Part shown: positions 7,885 through 18,293 of the stretch, piece after piece
Position numbering within the stretch: the stretch's first letter is position 1
Layout of the letters: each line of letters starts with the position of its first letter
DNA from: an uncultured Clostridia bacterium
GTDB lineage: Bacteria; Bacillota; Clostridia; Christensenellales; CALVMC01
Direction of reading: 5' to 3'
DNA length: 64,000 bases
Assembly: GCA_944342015.1 (NCBI GenBank)
Contig: CALVMC010000003.1
Span: 5,842 to 69,841 of the forward strand
Made by a program: the position numbers and the translations under genes
The notes under the pieces: model-generated
What the model was told of the DNA's origin: nothing
Seen by the model: only the letters and a program-made list of their open reading frames with translations
The model's database searches: none

Positions 7885-9546
7885 ATGTTAGGAGAATTCT
7901 TTTATAATATATCTAAATGGATTTTCGATATTATTGAAGAATTATATAATCTATGGCTTAAAGTCGGAGATTTGGAAACTGTTTCCCAAATTTTAACTAC
8001 GAATGAAACAGTAAGAAATATCTATATAGTTTTTGTTGTTGCCGCACTCATTTTAACCGGTATATTTGTTTCCGCTCGGGCTTTAAGTAAAATGGTTGGA
8101 GTGACAAACGGAGTACAAGAAAATACTTTTTCTTATTTAAAACAAGTTTTTTTTAATTTTATAAAATACATATTAGTTATACCGGTAGTTATTTGTGTAA
8201 TAGCATTATCTTCCGCTTTTTCTCAATTTATAACAGGAACAAATAATGAATTGTCTATGGGTGCTCGAGTTTTTGAACAGGTCGCAGCAACAACTTTACA
8301 AGAAGATATAGTATCGGAACAAGAGACTATAGAATACGAACTTTTAATTAATAATTTGGAAAATTTAAAAGAAGATTCTTCTATTACTGATAATGTTTTA
8401 ATTGATAAATTAAAATATGTTTTAAATGAACCTATTAAAAATAATTTAAAATTATATATTTCAGAAAAATATTTTACCGTTGTTAAAAAAGTTATTGATA
8501 AAAACTTAATAGAAACAGATTTAACTACTAATCAATTAAACACTTTAAGGCAAGATATATTAGCTCTTAATATTATTAGTACATATTCCGATAAAGAAAA
8601 ATTAATTAATGATACTTATGATTTTGTAAATATTTCAGAAAAAGCAAGTAATAAATTTTATAAACTTACCGCAAGTCAATTAAATAAAGTTTATAATATG
8701 GACGAGTATAATGTTTTTATGGCGATTCTTTTCGGCGGTATTTTTATTTTTATTTTATTAATTACGATTTTATCATTAGCCGAACGACTGTTTTCAATAA
8801 TTATGTTGGTTCTTATCGGCCCGATACCGATATCGGTAAGCATTTTAGATGATAGTAAAAGATATGAAATTTGGCGAGATACTCTTTTATCAAAAATTTT
8901 AGGTGTTACCGGAATTATGTTGGCATTATCTTTATATTGCACATTAAGTCCTATTTTAGTAAATACTTTGGGAGCGAATAACCTGTTAATAGAACTTATC
9001 ATTTTACTAGGTGGCTTATTATTTGCAATGAAGGGCGGAGAAATAGTAGCCGGTTTAATAGGTTCCGGGTTAGGAGTTCAAGAAGGACTTAGCTCAATGC
9101 GTTCACTTCTTGCTATAGGGGGCGGTTTAAAAGCAACAGCTATCGGAGTAAAAGGAGCTCTGATAGGAAGTAAAAGCGGAATAAATGGTGCTTCCGGTGT
9201 TTCTTCTGTAAACGGAAAAACTTCCTTTATTCAAAACATAGCTTCTCGTGGCGGTGTTTTAGGAAAAACGGTAGGAGCAACAGCAACAGCTTCCGCTTTT
9301 ACAAGAAGGGGAGTACAAAAATTTAGATATGGCAATAGTGAAGGAAATAGAATAAGTCCAAGACAACAATACAATGTAAGTAAGTTGCAGGCTAGAAAAA
9401 CTAGAAAAGAGCTTATAAAAGAAAACAGAATGCAAGAATTAAATAATAAAAAAGCTACTGTTTTTAATAATAAATATAAAGATAAATTAACTAAATACAC
9501 CGACAGACAACAAGAAAAAACAAATAAAAAAATTAATAAAGAATGA
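7885..9546 (+). CDS. Polytopic membrane protein, VirB6/TrbL-like T4SS channel candidate
   Basis: 553 aa with multiple hydrophobic segments (N-terminal and around aa 275-400). It has a Gly-rich segment and a basic C-terminal tail. It lies immediately upstream of the VirB4-type ATPase. Confidence 0.5.
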   Translation: MLGEFFYNISKWIFDIIEELYNLWLKVGDLETVSQILTTNETVRNIYIVFVVAALILTGIFVSARALSKMVGVTNGVQENTFSYLKQVFFNFIKYILVIPVVICVIALSSAFSQFITGTNNELSMGARVFEQVAATTLQEDIVSEQETIEYELLINNLENLKEDSSITDNVLIDKLKYVLNEPIKNNLKLYISEKYFTVVKKVIDKNLIETDLTTNQLNTLRQDILALNIISTYSDKEKLINDTYDFVNISEKASNKFYKLTASQLNKVYNMDEYNVFMAILFGGIFIFILLITILSLAERLFSIIMLVLIGPIPISVSILDDSKRYEIWRDTLLSKILGVTGIMLALSLYCTLSPILVNTLGANNLLIELIILLGGLLFAMKGGEIVAGLIGSGLGVQEGLSSMRSLLAIGGGLKATAIGVKGALIGSKSGINGASGVSSVNGKTSFIQNIASRGGVLGKTVGATATASAFTRRGVQKFRYGNSEGNRISPRQQYNVSKLQARKTRKELIKENRMQELNNKKATVFNNKYKDKLTKYTDRQQEKTNKKINKE

Positions 9547-9549
9547 AAA

Positions 9550-12306
9550 ATGGGGAAGATAATGAAAATAATTCCGCCAAGAAGCCGATTAAAAAGGGAA
9601 ATATCAAAAAATATCTATTGGTCTGATTTAATATTTATAACTATTATGGCTATTTTAGGCTTAATTATTATTTTTGCTAATTTTAATATATATTTAAGAT
9701 TAGGACTTTTAATTATATTATTAATTATTACGGTCTTTTGTTTAATAAGAACAGGAGTTGATAGGGGATATAATTTTATTTTTTCTAGCATTAAATATGC
9801 TTTAAGTCCTAAAGAATATAATAAAAATTCTAAACATAATGTTTATTTTTTATCTGCTATTAAAGATATATCTGATAATAAAATTAATTATATAAATGGC
9901 GAGTTTTCAAAAGTTTTAAAAATTTATCCTAACTCCTTTAATTATCTTATCGATATCGAACAGGACAATTTAGTTGAAAATTTATCCACTGCTTTAAAAA
10001 ATATTAAAAAAAGCAGTATTATTGCGGTAAATGAAAGAGTTTCATATAGAGATAATATAAATTTTTATGAGACTTTAAAAAATGAAATAGAAGAGCAATT
10101 TAATAAAAATAAAAATACTTATAATACTACTAGACTATATGAAATAGATATCTTATTAAAAAATTTAAAAGAATTATCAACGGAAGAAAGTTCCGATATT
10201 GAAAATGTTCCCTTAAAAAAAGGCTACTATTTATTATTATATAATGTAACTGATGAAGAAGTTGATTTAACTAGAAATCTTTTAATTAACGCAGGATTAA
10301 ATACAAAAGTTTTAAATAATAAAGAAATCGCTATTTTTAGCAAATATTGTTATACTGATACTTTTTTTGCTAAAATTTTTGATGATATTAAAGAAGAAGA
10401 TTATTTAGATTTAATTTTACCGGAAAGAATTAAGTTTTATGCTAATAAAATTGAACTCGATAATGTAAAATATGGAGTTTTTTATATAGATAAATTTCCG
10501 CTATTTGTAAATAATGAGTGGCTTAGACCTTTATTTGAATTAAACTATGTCAGAACTTATTTTCATTTAAATAAAATTAATGATATTTATGCTATTAAAC
10601 AAATTGAAAAAGCTCTATCTATCTGTAGGGATAAATATATCGAAGGTAATAATAAAAAATCTGTTGAAAATAAACTTTATGATAATATTGAAATTTTTGA
10701 TAATTTACTAAATGATTTAAATAAAGGCGAATGTCTTATTCATTGTGACATTTTTCTTTTAGTTGAAGATATAGGAGACAATATTAAAACCGTAAGTTCT
10801 ATTTTACATTCTTATGGCATTTTTGAAGGACGATTTTTATATAAGGGCGAAGAAGTAATATTTAATATTGCCCCTTCGCAATCAAATAAATTAGCAAGAT
10901 ACGGTATTGATTTGCCTTCTGAAACACTTTCGGCAGGCTATCCGTTTATAGGTAATATCATAAACGATAAAGAAGGTATTTATCTTGGAACAGATGAAAA
11001 CGAACAGCCGGTTCTTTGGAATAAAATGATACATAGAAAAAGTTATAATAGCGATTTAGACAGAACCAGCGGAAATGTCGGAATTTTCGGTACAACCGGC
11101 AAAGGCAAAAGTCATAAATTAAAATTAGATTTAAAATCTTGGGCTTGTCGTAATTCTAAAATTATAATATTCGATGTAGAAGACGAATACAGATTTTTAG
11201 GAAATTTATTTGGAGCTTCAATAATTGATGTAGGGGGCGGTAACGAAAATGAACGCATTAATCCTTTACAAATTTTTCCAAAAGCAATTAATGATGAAGA
11301 AGATAATAAAAAAAGAGTGGAACAGTTTAATAAAGATATAAGTTTTATATATTCTCAAAAAAATAATAGTGGTAATATTCCTAATTTCACAGAAAACGCA
11401 TTAAATGATAATCAAATAAATTCTCAGCTTATTTTCTTACAGGCATTTCATAAACTTGCTATTCCGGAAATTTCCGAAGATTGCAACACAAAATTAATTA
11501 ATATTATTGCTGATATTTATAAAAAATTTAATATTACCAATGAAACTGATATTTCAAAATTATCTGCTGATGATTTTCCTTTATATTGTGATATCTATAA
11601 AGAAGTTAATAAAAGACTAAAAATATCGCTAAAAGAAAAAGATGATTATAATATTAGGATATATGAAAAACTCGAAAATTATCTTAAATTATTTATAGAT
11701 AATGGTGCCTATGAAGGGTTATGGGGTAGACCGACTACTATAAACTTAAATAATAATATTGTTATTTTATCTTTTAGAAATCTTCTATCACAGAAAAATT
11801 ATTCTGTTTGTAATGCTCAATCTTATCTTTTATTTAGATTTATGGAGACTGAAATAATTAAAAATAAAGAGTATTCAGACAGAACCGGTAAAGAAAGATA
11901 TTTATCTATTGTTTTTGACGAAATTCAAAAATTAATAGATTCAAGATTGCCGATAGCTTTTACCGCAGTTGCCGATATCGCAAATCGTGTTAGAAAATAT
12001 CTTGCAAGTATTGTTTTAGCAACGCAAAATATCGAAACTTTTATGGGAACAAATGAAGAAATGAAAAAATCAGCAAATGCGATTTTAAATGCTTTACAAT
12101 ATAAATTTATTTTCAATTTAGAAGGGCGTAATTTAGATCATTTAATGGAGCTTTACGGAAGTTCTATGAATTTGACTGAAATTGATTATGATATTATAAG
12201 AAAACTCAAAAGGGGAGAGTGCCTTTTTATGATAACAAATCATAAAAGATTAAAAATAAAGGTTTCTAATTTTCCCGGAGAAGAGATTTTTACTAGAGCT
12301 CTTTAA
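9550..12306 (+). CDS. VirB4/TraE-type type IV secretion ATPase
   Basis: 918 aa with two N-terminal TM segments. Walker A is GTTGKGKSH and IIIFDVEDEY...INPLQIF follows. Walker B-like is SIVFDEIQK, and the LATQNIETF motif is present. An alternative start lies at 9562. Confidence 0.9.
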   Translation: MGKIMKIIPPRSRLKREISKNIYWSDLIFITIMAILGLIIIFANFNIYLRLGLLIILLIITVFCLIRTGVDRGYNFIFSSIKYALSPKEYNKNSKHNVYFLSAIKDISDNKINYINGEFSKVLKIYPNSFNYLIDIEQDNLVENLSTALKNIKKSSIIAVNERVSYRDNINFYETLKNEIEEQFNKNKNTYNTTRLYEIDILLKNLKELSTEESSDIENVPLKKGYYLLLYNVTDEEVDLTRNLLINAGLNTKVLNNKEIAIFSKYCYTDTFFAKIFDDIKEEDYLDLILPERIKFYANKIELDNVKYGVFYIDKFPLFVNNEWLRPLFELNYVRTYFHLNKINDIYAIKQIEKALSICRDKYIEGNNKKSVENKLYDNIEIFDNLLNDLNKGECLIHCDIFLLVEDIGDNIKTVSSILHSYGIFEGRFLYKGEEVIFNIAPSQSNKLARYGIDLPSETLSAGYPFIGNIINDKEGIYLGTDENEQPVLWNKMIHRKSYNSDLDRTSGNVGIFGTTGKGKSHKLKLDLKSWACRNSKIIIFDVEDEYRFLGNLFGASIIDVGGGNENERINPLQIFPKAINDEEDNKKRVEQFNKDISFIYSQKNNSGNIPNFTENALNDNQINSQLIFLQAFHKLAIPEISEDCNTKLINIIADIYKKFNITNETDISKLSADDFPLYCDIYKEVNKRLKISLKEKDDYNIRIYEKLENYLKLFIDNGAYEGLWGRPTTINLNNNIVILSFRNLLSQKNYSVCNAQSYLLFRFMETEIIKNKEYSDRTGKERYLSIVFDEIQKLIDSRLPIAFTAVADIANRVRKYLASIVLATQNIETFMGTNEEMKKSANAILNALQYKFIFNLEGRNLDHLMELYGSSMNLTEIDYDIIRKLKRGECLFMITNHKRLKIKVSNFPGEEIFTRAL

Positions 12307-12360
12307 ATTTGTTATTTTACTTGTCAAAATTTTTAGTTTTTGGTAAAATATAGTAAATAA

Positions 12361-12392
12361 AAAAAACACAATTTATTTAATTGTGCTTTTTT
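12361..12392 (+). terminator. Intrinsic terminator after the VirB4-type gene
   Basis: Stem CACAATT (12367-12373) / AATTGTG (12379-12385) followed by CTTTTTT. Confidence 0.55.
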
Positions 12393-12547
12393 AAAGATTA
12401 ATAATAAAGGCAAATTATTATTAATCAATCAAAAACAAGTGCAGTTGCTTTTGATTAATTGTTTATTTTATTATAATATAATTTTAAATAATTGTCAAAT
12501 GCTCGCTGTTAAATTTGAGCATTTTTTTATTTTTGGAGGGTTAAATT

Positions 12548-13375
12548 ATGTCTGTTATTAGAGTTCATAAAACAAAAGATTTTACTGTAATGAGTAACAC
12601 TCACTTGCGTGATAAAAGACTTTCTTTAAAAGCAAAAGGACTACTTTCTTTAATGTTTTCGTTACCGGACGATTGGAATTACTCAATAAAAGGTCTTATT
12701 TCAATCTGTACAGAAAAAGAAAGTGCTATTCTTTCCACTCTAAAAGAATTAAAAGATTTTAAATATATAAGAGTTGATAAACTTTATGCTAATCAGACAG
12801 AAAGTGGTCGTATAGAATATGTTTATAATATATTTGAAAAACCTTATGGTGACAGTTTATATTTAGAAACTAAATTAAATGAATCACAAGATAATAAAAA
12901 ACAAGGACTAGAAATACTAGACCTAGAAAATCAAGGTCTAGAAAATCAAGGTCTAGAAGATCAAGGGGTAGAAAATCAAGGACAATTAAATACTAATATA
13001 TTAAATACTAATATATTAAATACTAATAGACAGACAGACAGACAGACAAGAGAAATTTCTGAAGAAGCTAAATTTTATATAAATATAATAAAAGAAAAAT
13101 TTAAAAATGCTTCTTTAGAAAGTAATTATTATTTAATTGAAGAAAGATTTTTAAATTTAATAGAAGAAATATCTCATTATAAAGAAATTTCAATAAATAA
13201 TTACCCAACAGCAATAGAAAAAATATTAAAAACTTATCTTTATTTTTTTACTGATAACGGAGAAAAACTGATAGCAATTTATAATTTAATTGATGAATTC
13301 GCTCAAACAGGGAAGATAAAAAATAAATTTAAATATACCGTATCAACCTTATATAATACAGCAATAAATGGCTAG
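12548..13375 (+). CDS. Winged-helix (HTH_36/RepA_N-like) protein, putative plasmid replication initiator
   Basis: The N-terminus FTVMSNTHLRDKRLSLKAKGLLSLMFSLPDDWNYSIKGLISI...STLKELKDFKYI fits the pattern of Firmicute plasmid and phage replication/wHTH proteins. A strong GGAGGG RBS precedes the start. Confidence 0.6.
   Translation: MSVIRVHKTKDFTVMSNTHLRDKRLSLKAKGLLSLMFSLPDDWNYSIKGLISICTEKESAILSTLKELKDFKYIRVDKLYANQTESGRIEYVYNIFEKPYGDSLYLETKLNESQDNKKQGLEILDLENQGLENQGLEDQGVENQGQLNTNILNTNILNTNRQTDRQTREISEEAKFYINIIKEKFKNASLESNYYLIEERFLNLIEEISHYKEISINNYPTAIEKILKTYLYFFTDNGEKLIAIYNLIDEFAQTGKIKNKFKYTVSTLYNTAING
12905..13048 (+). repeat. Three consecutive in-frame tandem repeat blocks inside the rep-like gene
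   Basis: About four copies of a 15-bp CTAGAAAATCAAGGT unit lie at 12922-12982. Three copies of a 15-bp TTAAATACTAATATA unit lie at 12986-13030. (AGAC)x5 lies at 13028-13047. Confidence 0.85.
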
Positions 13376-13454
13376 ATAAAAAAAATAAATATAAAATAAA
13401 GTATTCGCAAAATACAAATTTTACGAACAAATGTTCATAAAATACAGTAGAACT

Positions 13455-16400
13455 CTAATAATCGATATCGTCTAGAATATCATTAATATTATTATCATCA
13501 TTATCAGTATTATTAGTATTGTTTTCTTTATTAACAGTTTTATTTAACTTTTTTCTTCTTGCTAATAAAGGAAATCTTAAAAATTTAAAATAACAAACAA
13601 TGCCGATAATAAAAGCAATAATAACACATAAAATTATTATAAATATTATAGTCATAGTGTTCATAATATATTGCTCTTTATTTTCAAAACTAATATAACT
13701 AAAATTACCGGCTTCATCTATTACTGCTAAAGTTATGTTGCCATATAAATTTTCAAATTTAGTATTTTTTTGATACTCACCTTTATAATTTTGGTTAATG
13801 AAGATTTGTATTAAATAAAATTCATCATCACAATCAACAGAAAAAATTTCGTTTGTAAAGCTGTCGCCTTCGAGAACAATATCGCCTTCAGAATTTAAAA
13901 CATTAAACACGGGCGGAGTTTTATCTATAGTAATATTAAAAGTTTTAAAAAGACCTGCCCTATTAGTAATAGTAATATTATATTTTCCTTCTTCTGTAAG
14001 CTCACAATTATTATTATAATTTTTAATTTCTCCGTTTTTACTAACGGTTATAACATTCAAATTATCTGAACTTTTTATAATTATGTTATTTTTAGTTGCT
14101 TTACTAAAATCAATAATTTCATTATTAAAATTTAAAACTTCATATTCAACAGTTTTTGTAAGATTTATATAGTATGAAATTGAAAAACCTAAATTATTTG
14201 ATAAATCAATTTTAAAGCTTCCACTGTCAATAATTTTAAAATTTTTATCATCTAAAATTTCAAAATAATTGTACGGAACATAGTTATTATTATCTTTATA
14301 AAAAACTTGATAATTATATTTATCTTGTAAAATTACTAAAACATCATCGTTTACTGTGCTATTTCTAGAAACAATGGTATCATTACTTTTAAATTGTAAA
14401 ATAGGAACCGAAAAATTTATTTCACAAGTATAAATACTTTGATTGCCGGCTTCATCGGTTAAAGTTAAATAATAAATTCCTTCATCTATAATAAACGAAT
14501 TTTTAGTATAAACTTCGTTATTAATTGTTGAGGTTAAATTTTCTTCTGACCAATTAAATTTTATAAAAAGATTAGTTATTGAATTATTAGCTAATTCTTC
14601 ATTATTTTGATCATAAATTTTTGCTACCGGTGGAGTTTTATCTATAATAAAATTTAATTGATAATAGTTTCCGGCTTCATCTTTTAATGTAAAAATATAA
14701 TTTCCTTCATTGAATAATATTTGATTTTTTTCATACGAGTAAGTAGTGCCATTAAAAGAATAGTAAAATAAAAGTGGAGCAAAATATATTTCGGTCGGCT
14801 CTTCCCAATTAAAAGAAACATTCTCTTTAGTTTTTCCGTTATGAAAAGAAGTCGAACAATAAGCAATAGGCGGAGTTTTATCAATAATAAAACTATATTC
14901 AACAGACACATTGCCGGCTAAATCGGTTATATATATTAAATATTTTCCTTCATTTTTTAAAGTTTGTCCGGAAGTATATTCACCGGTAGAAGAATTACCG
15001 TTAACATCATAATAAATATAGTTTGCAGTAATCTTACTAGAAGGACAAATATTGTCATTAAAATTATTAATAAAAGGAAGACCGTTTAAAGTATTGGTAT
15101 AGCCATTATTAATAACATTATTAAGAGTTCCGCTCGGGGCTGTAAAATCTAAAATAAAAGAAGTTTCAAAAATATTCCCGGCTTCATCAGTTATATTTAT
15201 TGAGTAATTTCCTTCATTAATTAAGCTTATTTGTAACTTATTCCCTTCTGAATCGTATTTGTTTAAAGTATATGTTTGATTATCAAAAGTAAAAGTAAAA
15301 ATAATATTTGAAGAATTTATAGGTTCTTCAGGAACGGACAGATAAATAAAATCTTTTGTATAACCGTTTGAATTGACCGGAATTTCGAAAGAAGGAGCTG
15401 TTTTATCAATTATTATTTCATAATTTTTAAAATTATTATTAACGGTGTCGGCTATTGTAAATATATATTTTCCTTCTTTGTTCAAAATAGTATTTCTTGT
15501 ATATACAAAAGTTTCAGAAACATTACTTCCAACAGAATAATATTTATATTGTACTGAAATATTTAAATTTGCGTCAGAATCTGAACTCCAATTAAATTTT
15601 AAGTTTTTATTTACAGCTTTTATTTCAGAACTTAACTGACTGTCATTTAAAGCATTTAAAAAATTACCAACAGGCAACGGTCTTAAATATAATTTATTAT
15701 TATAAGCAGTAATTTGTCCCCTATAATTATCATAAAGAACAACTTTATAATAAACAGACAAATTAAAATTAAAAACAGCTTGTCTATTAATAAAAGATTC
15801 ACTACTTATATTTTGCGGAAGTCGGCTGTTATCTTTATTAATTAAAACCCAACTGTTATTATCAGTAGAAGTATATATTTCTATAAACGGAGCTGTCCAA
15901 CCTACAAATGAATCTGCTGATCTTTTAACCGTGATCTCTAATCTCCCTTTTTCATCATTTTCAGTAAAAGTAATTACCGGCGCCGACAGTGAAATACCAA
16001 AATTATATTTAACACGGCCGGAAGAATGGTTTATAGCCAAAACAGAGAACTCTCCGGACTGATTTATTAAAACAATGCTATTATTCGGTAAAATAGAAAT
16101 ATCGCCTTCAGAATCAATTACATAATTATTATTTTGTGAATCAAAAGAAAAATTCAAAATTCTATTTTCGCTATTGTAAAATATTAATTTTGACATTTCA
16201 TCGATATCGTTTATTTGAAAATATATATTATTATCATAAAAATATCTAGTATCATCTAAATTTGAAGTAGTACTACTAACTCCTACTCCATATTTAATTA
16301 TAGGTTGAGCGGAAACAATAGTTAAATCAATAGTGTAATAGTTGTTAAAATCATCAAAAATTTTAACAACATAACTTCCACTGCTATTAAAAGTTTTATT

Positions 16401-18293
16401 AGCTTCTGAAAAAACAAAATTAGTTTTTTCCCCGGTATTTTTATAATAAATTTCAATGTTAACACCAATAAAATAATTAAAAGTATAAGAATCGTTAAAA
16501 ATTAAATTTTCTGTATAAAGATTATTGTTTTCATAAGCCGGCGAAGGATCTTTTTGATAATAATAGTAAGTTTTTATAGTTTGACTTGCGTAATACTCCA
16601 CTGCAGAATTTAAAAGATTCAAACTAAAATAAGCAACAATTAAGTTTTTATTATTAATAGATTTATACTTATAATAAGTTCCGCCCGGAATTTCAGTATC
16701 GCCTTCCGCAATAGGACAACCGCCCGGAAAAGGAAGTTCCGGATCAATCCAATCGTTATGTTCTGAAATTAAACTATTTTCTCGTGTTATTCCAAATAAT
16801 AAAGCATTTTCATAACTTTCAAAAGAATAATAATAATCAGAATTATTAGAGTTTTCATAATAGATTTCTTTATAAGTTTTATTTGTAATAAAATTATCAA
16901 ATAAACAAGTTATTTTATCATTTGTATACTGTTTCCCGAATAAGTCTTCAACAGCAATAATATATTCTCCGTTTTTAATACAATTAATTTCATTTAATGT
17001 AGTTAAAGTATCGTTTATAAAAATCTTATTAAAATTTGAAATTTTAAAAGAAATAGTATAAAAAACATTATCGATACTTAAATTATTACTGTCTTTTAAA
17101 TTAAAATAACTACTGCTATTAAATGTTTTAATATAAGAGTTTCCGAACATATCTGAAAAAACAACTTCATAATTTTCGTTCGGAACACAATAATAAAAAG
17201 TATCCGGATTTAAATTTATATTATTAATTTTAGCAGTAATAGAGCTGTTAAAATTAAATTTAAACATATCAGAGCTATTAGAATTTAAATTATTCCAAAC
17301 TATATCGAAGTCAAAATCGCTACTAGTAAAACTATATTCTTTTTTATTATTTAACTTATCGTAAGCTATAAAATTATAAATCTTATTAGGCAACACATAT
17401 AAAGTTCCGGAAGTACTAATGCTCTGACCGTTACACGATAACGATTTTACCCCTATCATATTATCGCTGACGGAATAATTAATATAATTAGTTTTATTAG
17501 TGATTGAAATAGTAGGAGCTGTAGAATCGAGATAAACAGAATATTCCTGTGAAACATTTCCTGTTTCGTCAATAGCTTTAAATTTATATAAACCGTTCTG
17601 TGCAGAAGAAGATACAGTATAATTATAAGTATTAGAATTAAAATAACTTCCCGAAGGAGTAGTTACATAAATATCTGAATCGGACGGAGCATTAATAGTA
17701 AAAGAAGAACTTGTATAACTTCCATTACCGACTTGCTTCGAACTTAATATAGGAACTGAATTATCTATAATTTCTGTAGTATAAACTTCATAATTTTCTC
17801 CGTTCATTTGATTTCTGAATTTAAAAACTAATTCTATTCTATACGAACTATAATTATTTAAATTATTAAAAACATAGGATTGTGTGCTTGTCTGACCGGC
17901 AGAAAAATTTAAATTTTCATACTTCTTATCATTAGTAGTAGTATCTACTAAAAAAATTTTACCTGTCCCTATTTCTTTTTCTCTGTAAGTCATAGTTGAC
18001 GACTGAAAAGAACTTGTTGTTTTATAACTGACGGTTACTGTATAATCTGTATTGTTACTTGTGCTGACAGAAATACTTCTTATTGTCCCCGAATTATTTG
18101 AACTAACATATTTGATTTCTTTATCACCAAAAACACCAATTGACCTATCCTTGTAAAGAGACACCGAATAAGAACTGAGATATTTTTCAGCAAAAGCATA
18201 ATTTTTATTAACCGCTAAAAGACACAAACTAAAAAGAATAAAAATTATACATAAAAAAATTAAAACAGATTTGATTTTTAATTTAATCTTCAT
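13455..18293 (-). CDS. Giant surface protein (1612 aa) with repeated Ig-like modules and a C-terminal TM anchor; candidate mating adhesin
   Basis: There is an N-terminal signal peptide (..NYAFA-EK). At least 7 modules end in D(E/L)AGN-x(11-13)-(I/L)D(K/S/F)T(P/A)P. The C-terminus has a TM helix plus an N/D-rich tail. No LPXTG motif is present. The start overlaps the coupling-protein gene by 11 nt. Confidence 0.8.
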   Translation of the reverse strand: MKIKLKIKSVLIFLCIIFILFSLCLLAVNKNYAFAEKYLSSYSVSLYKDRSIGVFGDKEIKYVSSNNSGTIRSISVSTSNNTDYTVTVSYKTTSSFQSSTMTYREKEIGTGKIFLVDTTTNDKKYENLNFSAGQTSTQSYVFNNLNNYSSYRIELVFKFRNQMNGENYEVYTTEIIDNSVPILSSKQVGNGSYTSSSFTINAPSDSDIYVTTPSGSYFNSNTYNYTVSSSAQNGLYKFKAIDETGNVSQEYSVYLDSTAPTISITNKTNYINYSVSDNMIGVKSLSCNGQSISTSGTLYVLPNKIYNFIAYDKLNNKKEYSFTSSDFDFDIVWNNLNSNSSDMFKFNFNSSITAKINNINLNPDTFYYCVPNENYEVVFSDMFGNSYIKTFNSSSYFNLKDSNNLSIDNVFYTISFKISNFNKIFINDTLTTLNEINCIKNGEYIIAVEDLFGKQYTNDKITCLFDNFITNKTYKEIYYENSNNSDYYYSFESYENALLFGITRENSLISEHNDWIDPELPFPGGCPIAEGDTEIPGGTYYKYKSINNKNLIVAYFSLNLLNSAVEYYASQTIKTYYYYQKDPSPAYENNNLYTENLIFNDSYTFNYFIGVNIEIYYKNTGEKTNFVFSEANKTFNSSGSYVVKIFDDFNNYYTIDLTIVSAQPIIKYGVGVSSTTSNLDDTRYFYDNNIYFQINDIDEMSKLIFYNSENRILNFSFDSQNNNYVIDSEGDISILPNNSIVLINQSGEFSVLAINHSSGRVKYNFGISLSAPVITFTENDEKGRLEITVKRSADSFVGWTAPFIEIYTSTDNNSWVLINKDNSRLPQNISSESFINRQAVFNFNLSVYYKVVLYDNYRGQITAYNNKLYLRPLPVGNFLNALNDSQLSSEIKAVNKNLKFNWSSDSDANLNISVQYKYYSVGSNVSETFVYTRNTILNKEGKYIFTIADTVNNNFKNYEIIIDKTAPSFEIPVNSNGYTKDFIYLSVPEEPINSSNIIFTFTFDNQTYTLNKYDSEGNKLQISLINEGNYSINITDEAGNIFETSFILDFTAPSGTLNNVINNGYTNTLNGLPFINNFNDNICPSSKITANYIYYDVNGNSSTGEYTSGQTLKNEGKYLIYITDLAGNVSVEYSFIIDKTPPIAYCSTSFHNGKTKENVSFNWEEPTEIYFAPLLFYYSFNGTTYSYEKNQILFNEGNYIFTLKDEAGNYYQLNFIIDKTPPVAKIYDQNNEELANNSITNLFIKFNWSEENLTSTINNEVYTKNSFIIDEGIYYLTLTDEAGNQSIYTCEINFSVPILQFKSNDTIVSRNSTVNDDVLVILQDKYNYQVFYKDNNNYVPYNYFEILDDKNFKIIDSGSFKIDLSNNLGFSISYYINLTKTVEYEVLNFNNEIIDFSKATKNNIIIKSSDNLNVITVSKNGEIKNYNNNCELTEEGKYNITITNRAGLFKTFNITIDKTPPVFNVLNSEGDIVLEGDSFTNEIFSVDCDDEFYLIQIFINQNYKGEYQKNTKFENLYGNITLAVIDEAGNFSYISFENKEQYIMNTMTIIFIIILCVIIAFIIGIVCYFKFLRFPLLARRKKLNKTVNKENNTNNTDNDDNNINDILDDIDY

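Noticed and set aside
12321-12349. Promoter-like TTGTCA-17-TAAAAT located only ~15 nt before a terminator hairpin, which would make a ~40-nt RNA.
   Set aside because: Promoter-like hexamers are abundant in such AT-rich DNA. Without transcript data I do not annotate it as a small RNA gene. It is mentioned only under the rep-leader finding.
14684-14911. 75-aa minus-strand ORF nested in another frame of the surface-protein gene.
   Set aside because: It lies entirely inside a well-supported 1612-aa CDS and has a low-complexity L/I/K-rich product. It is a frame artefact.
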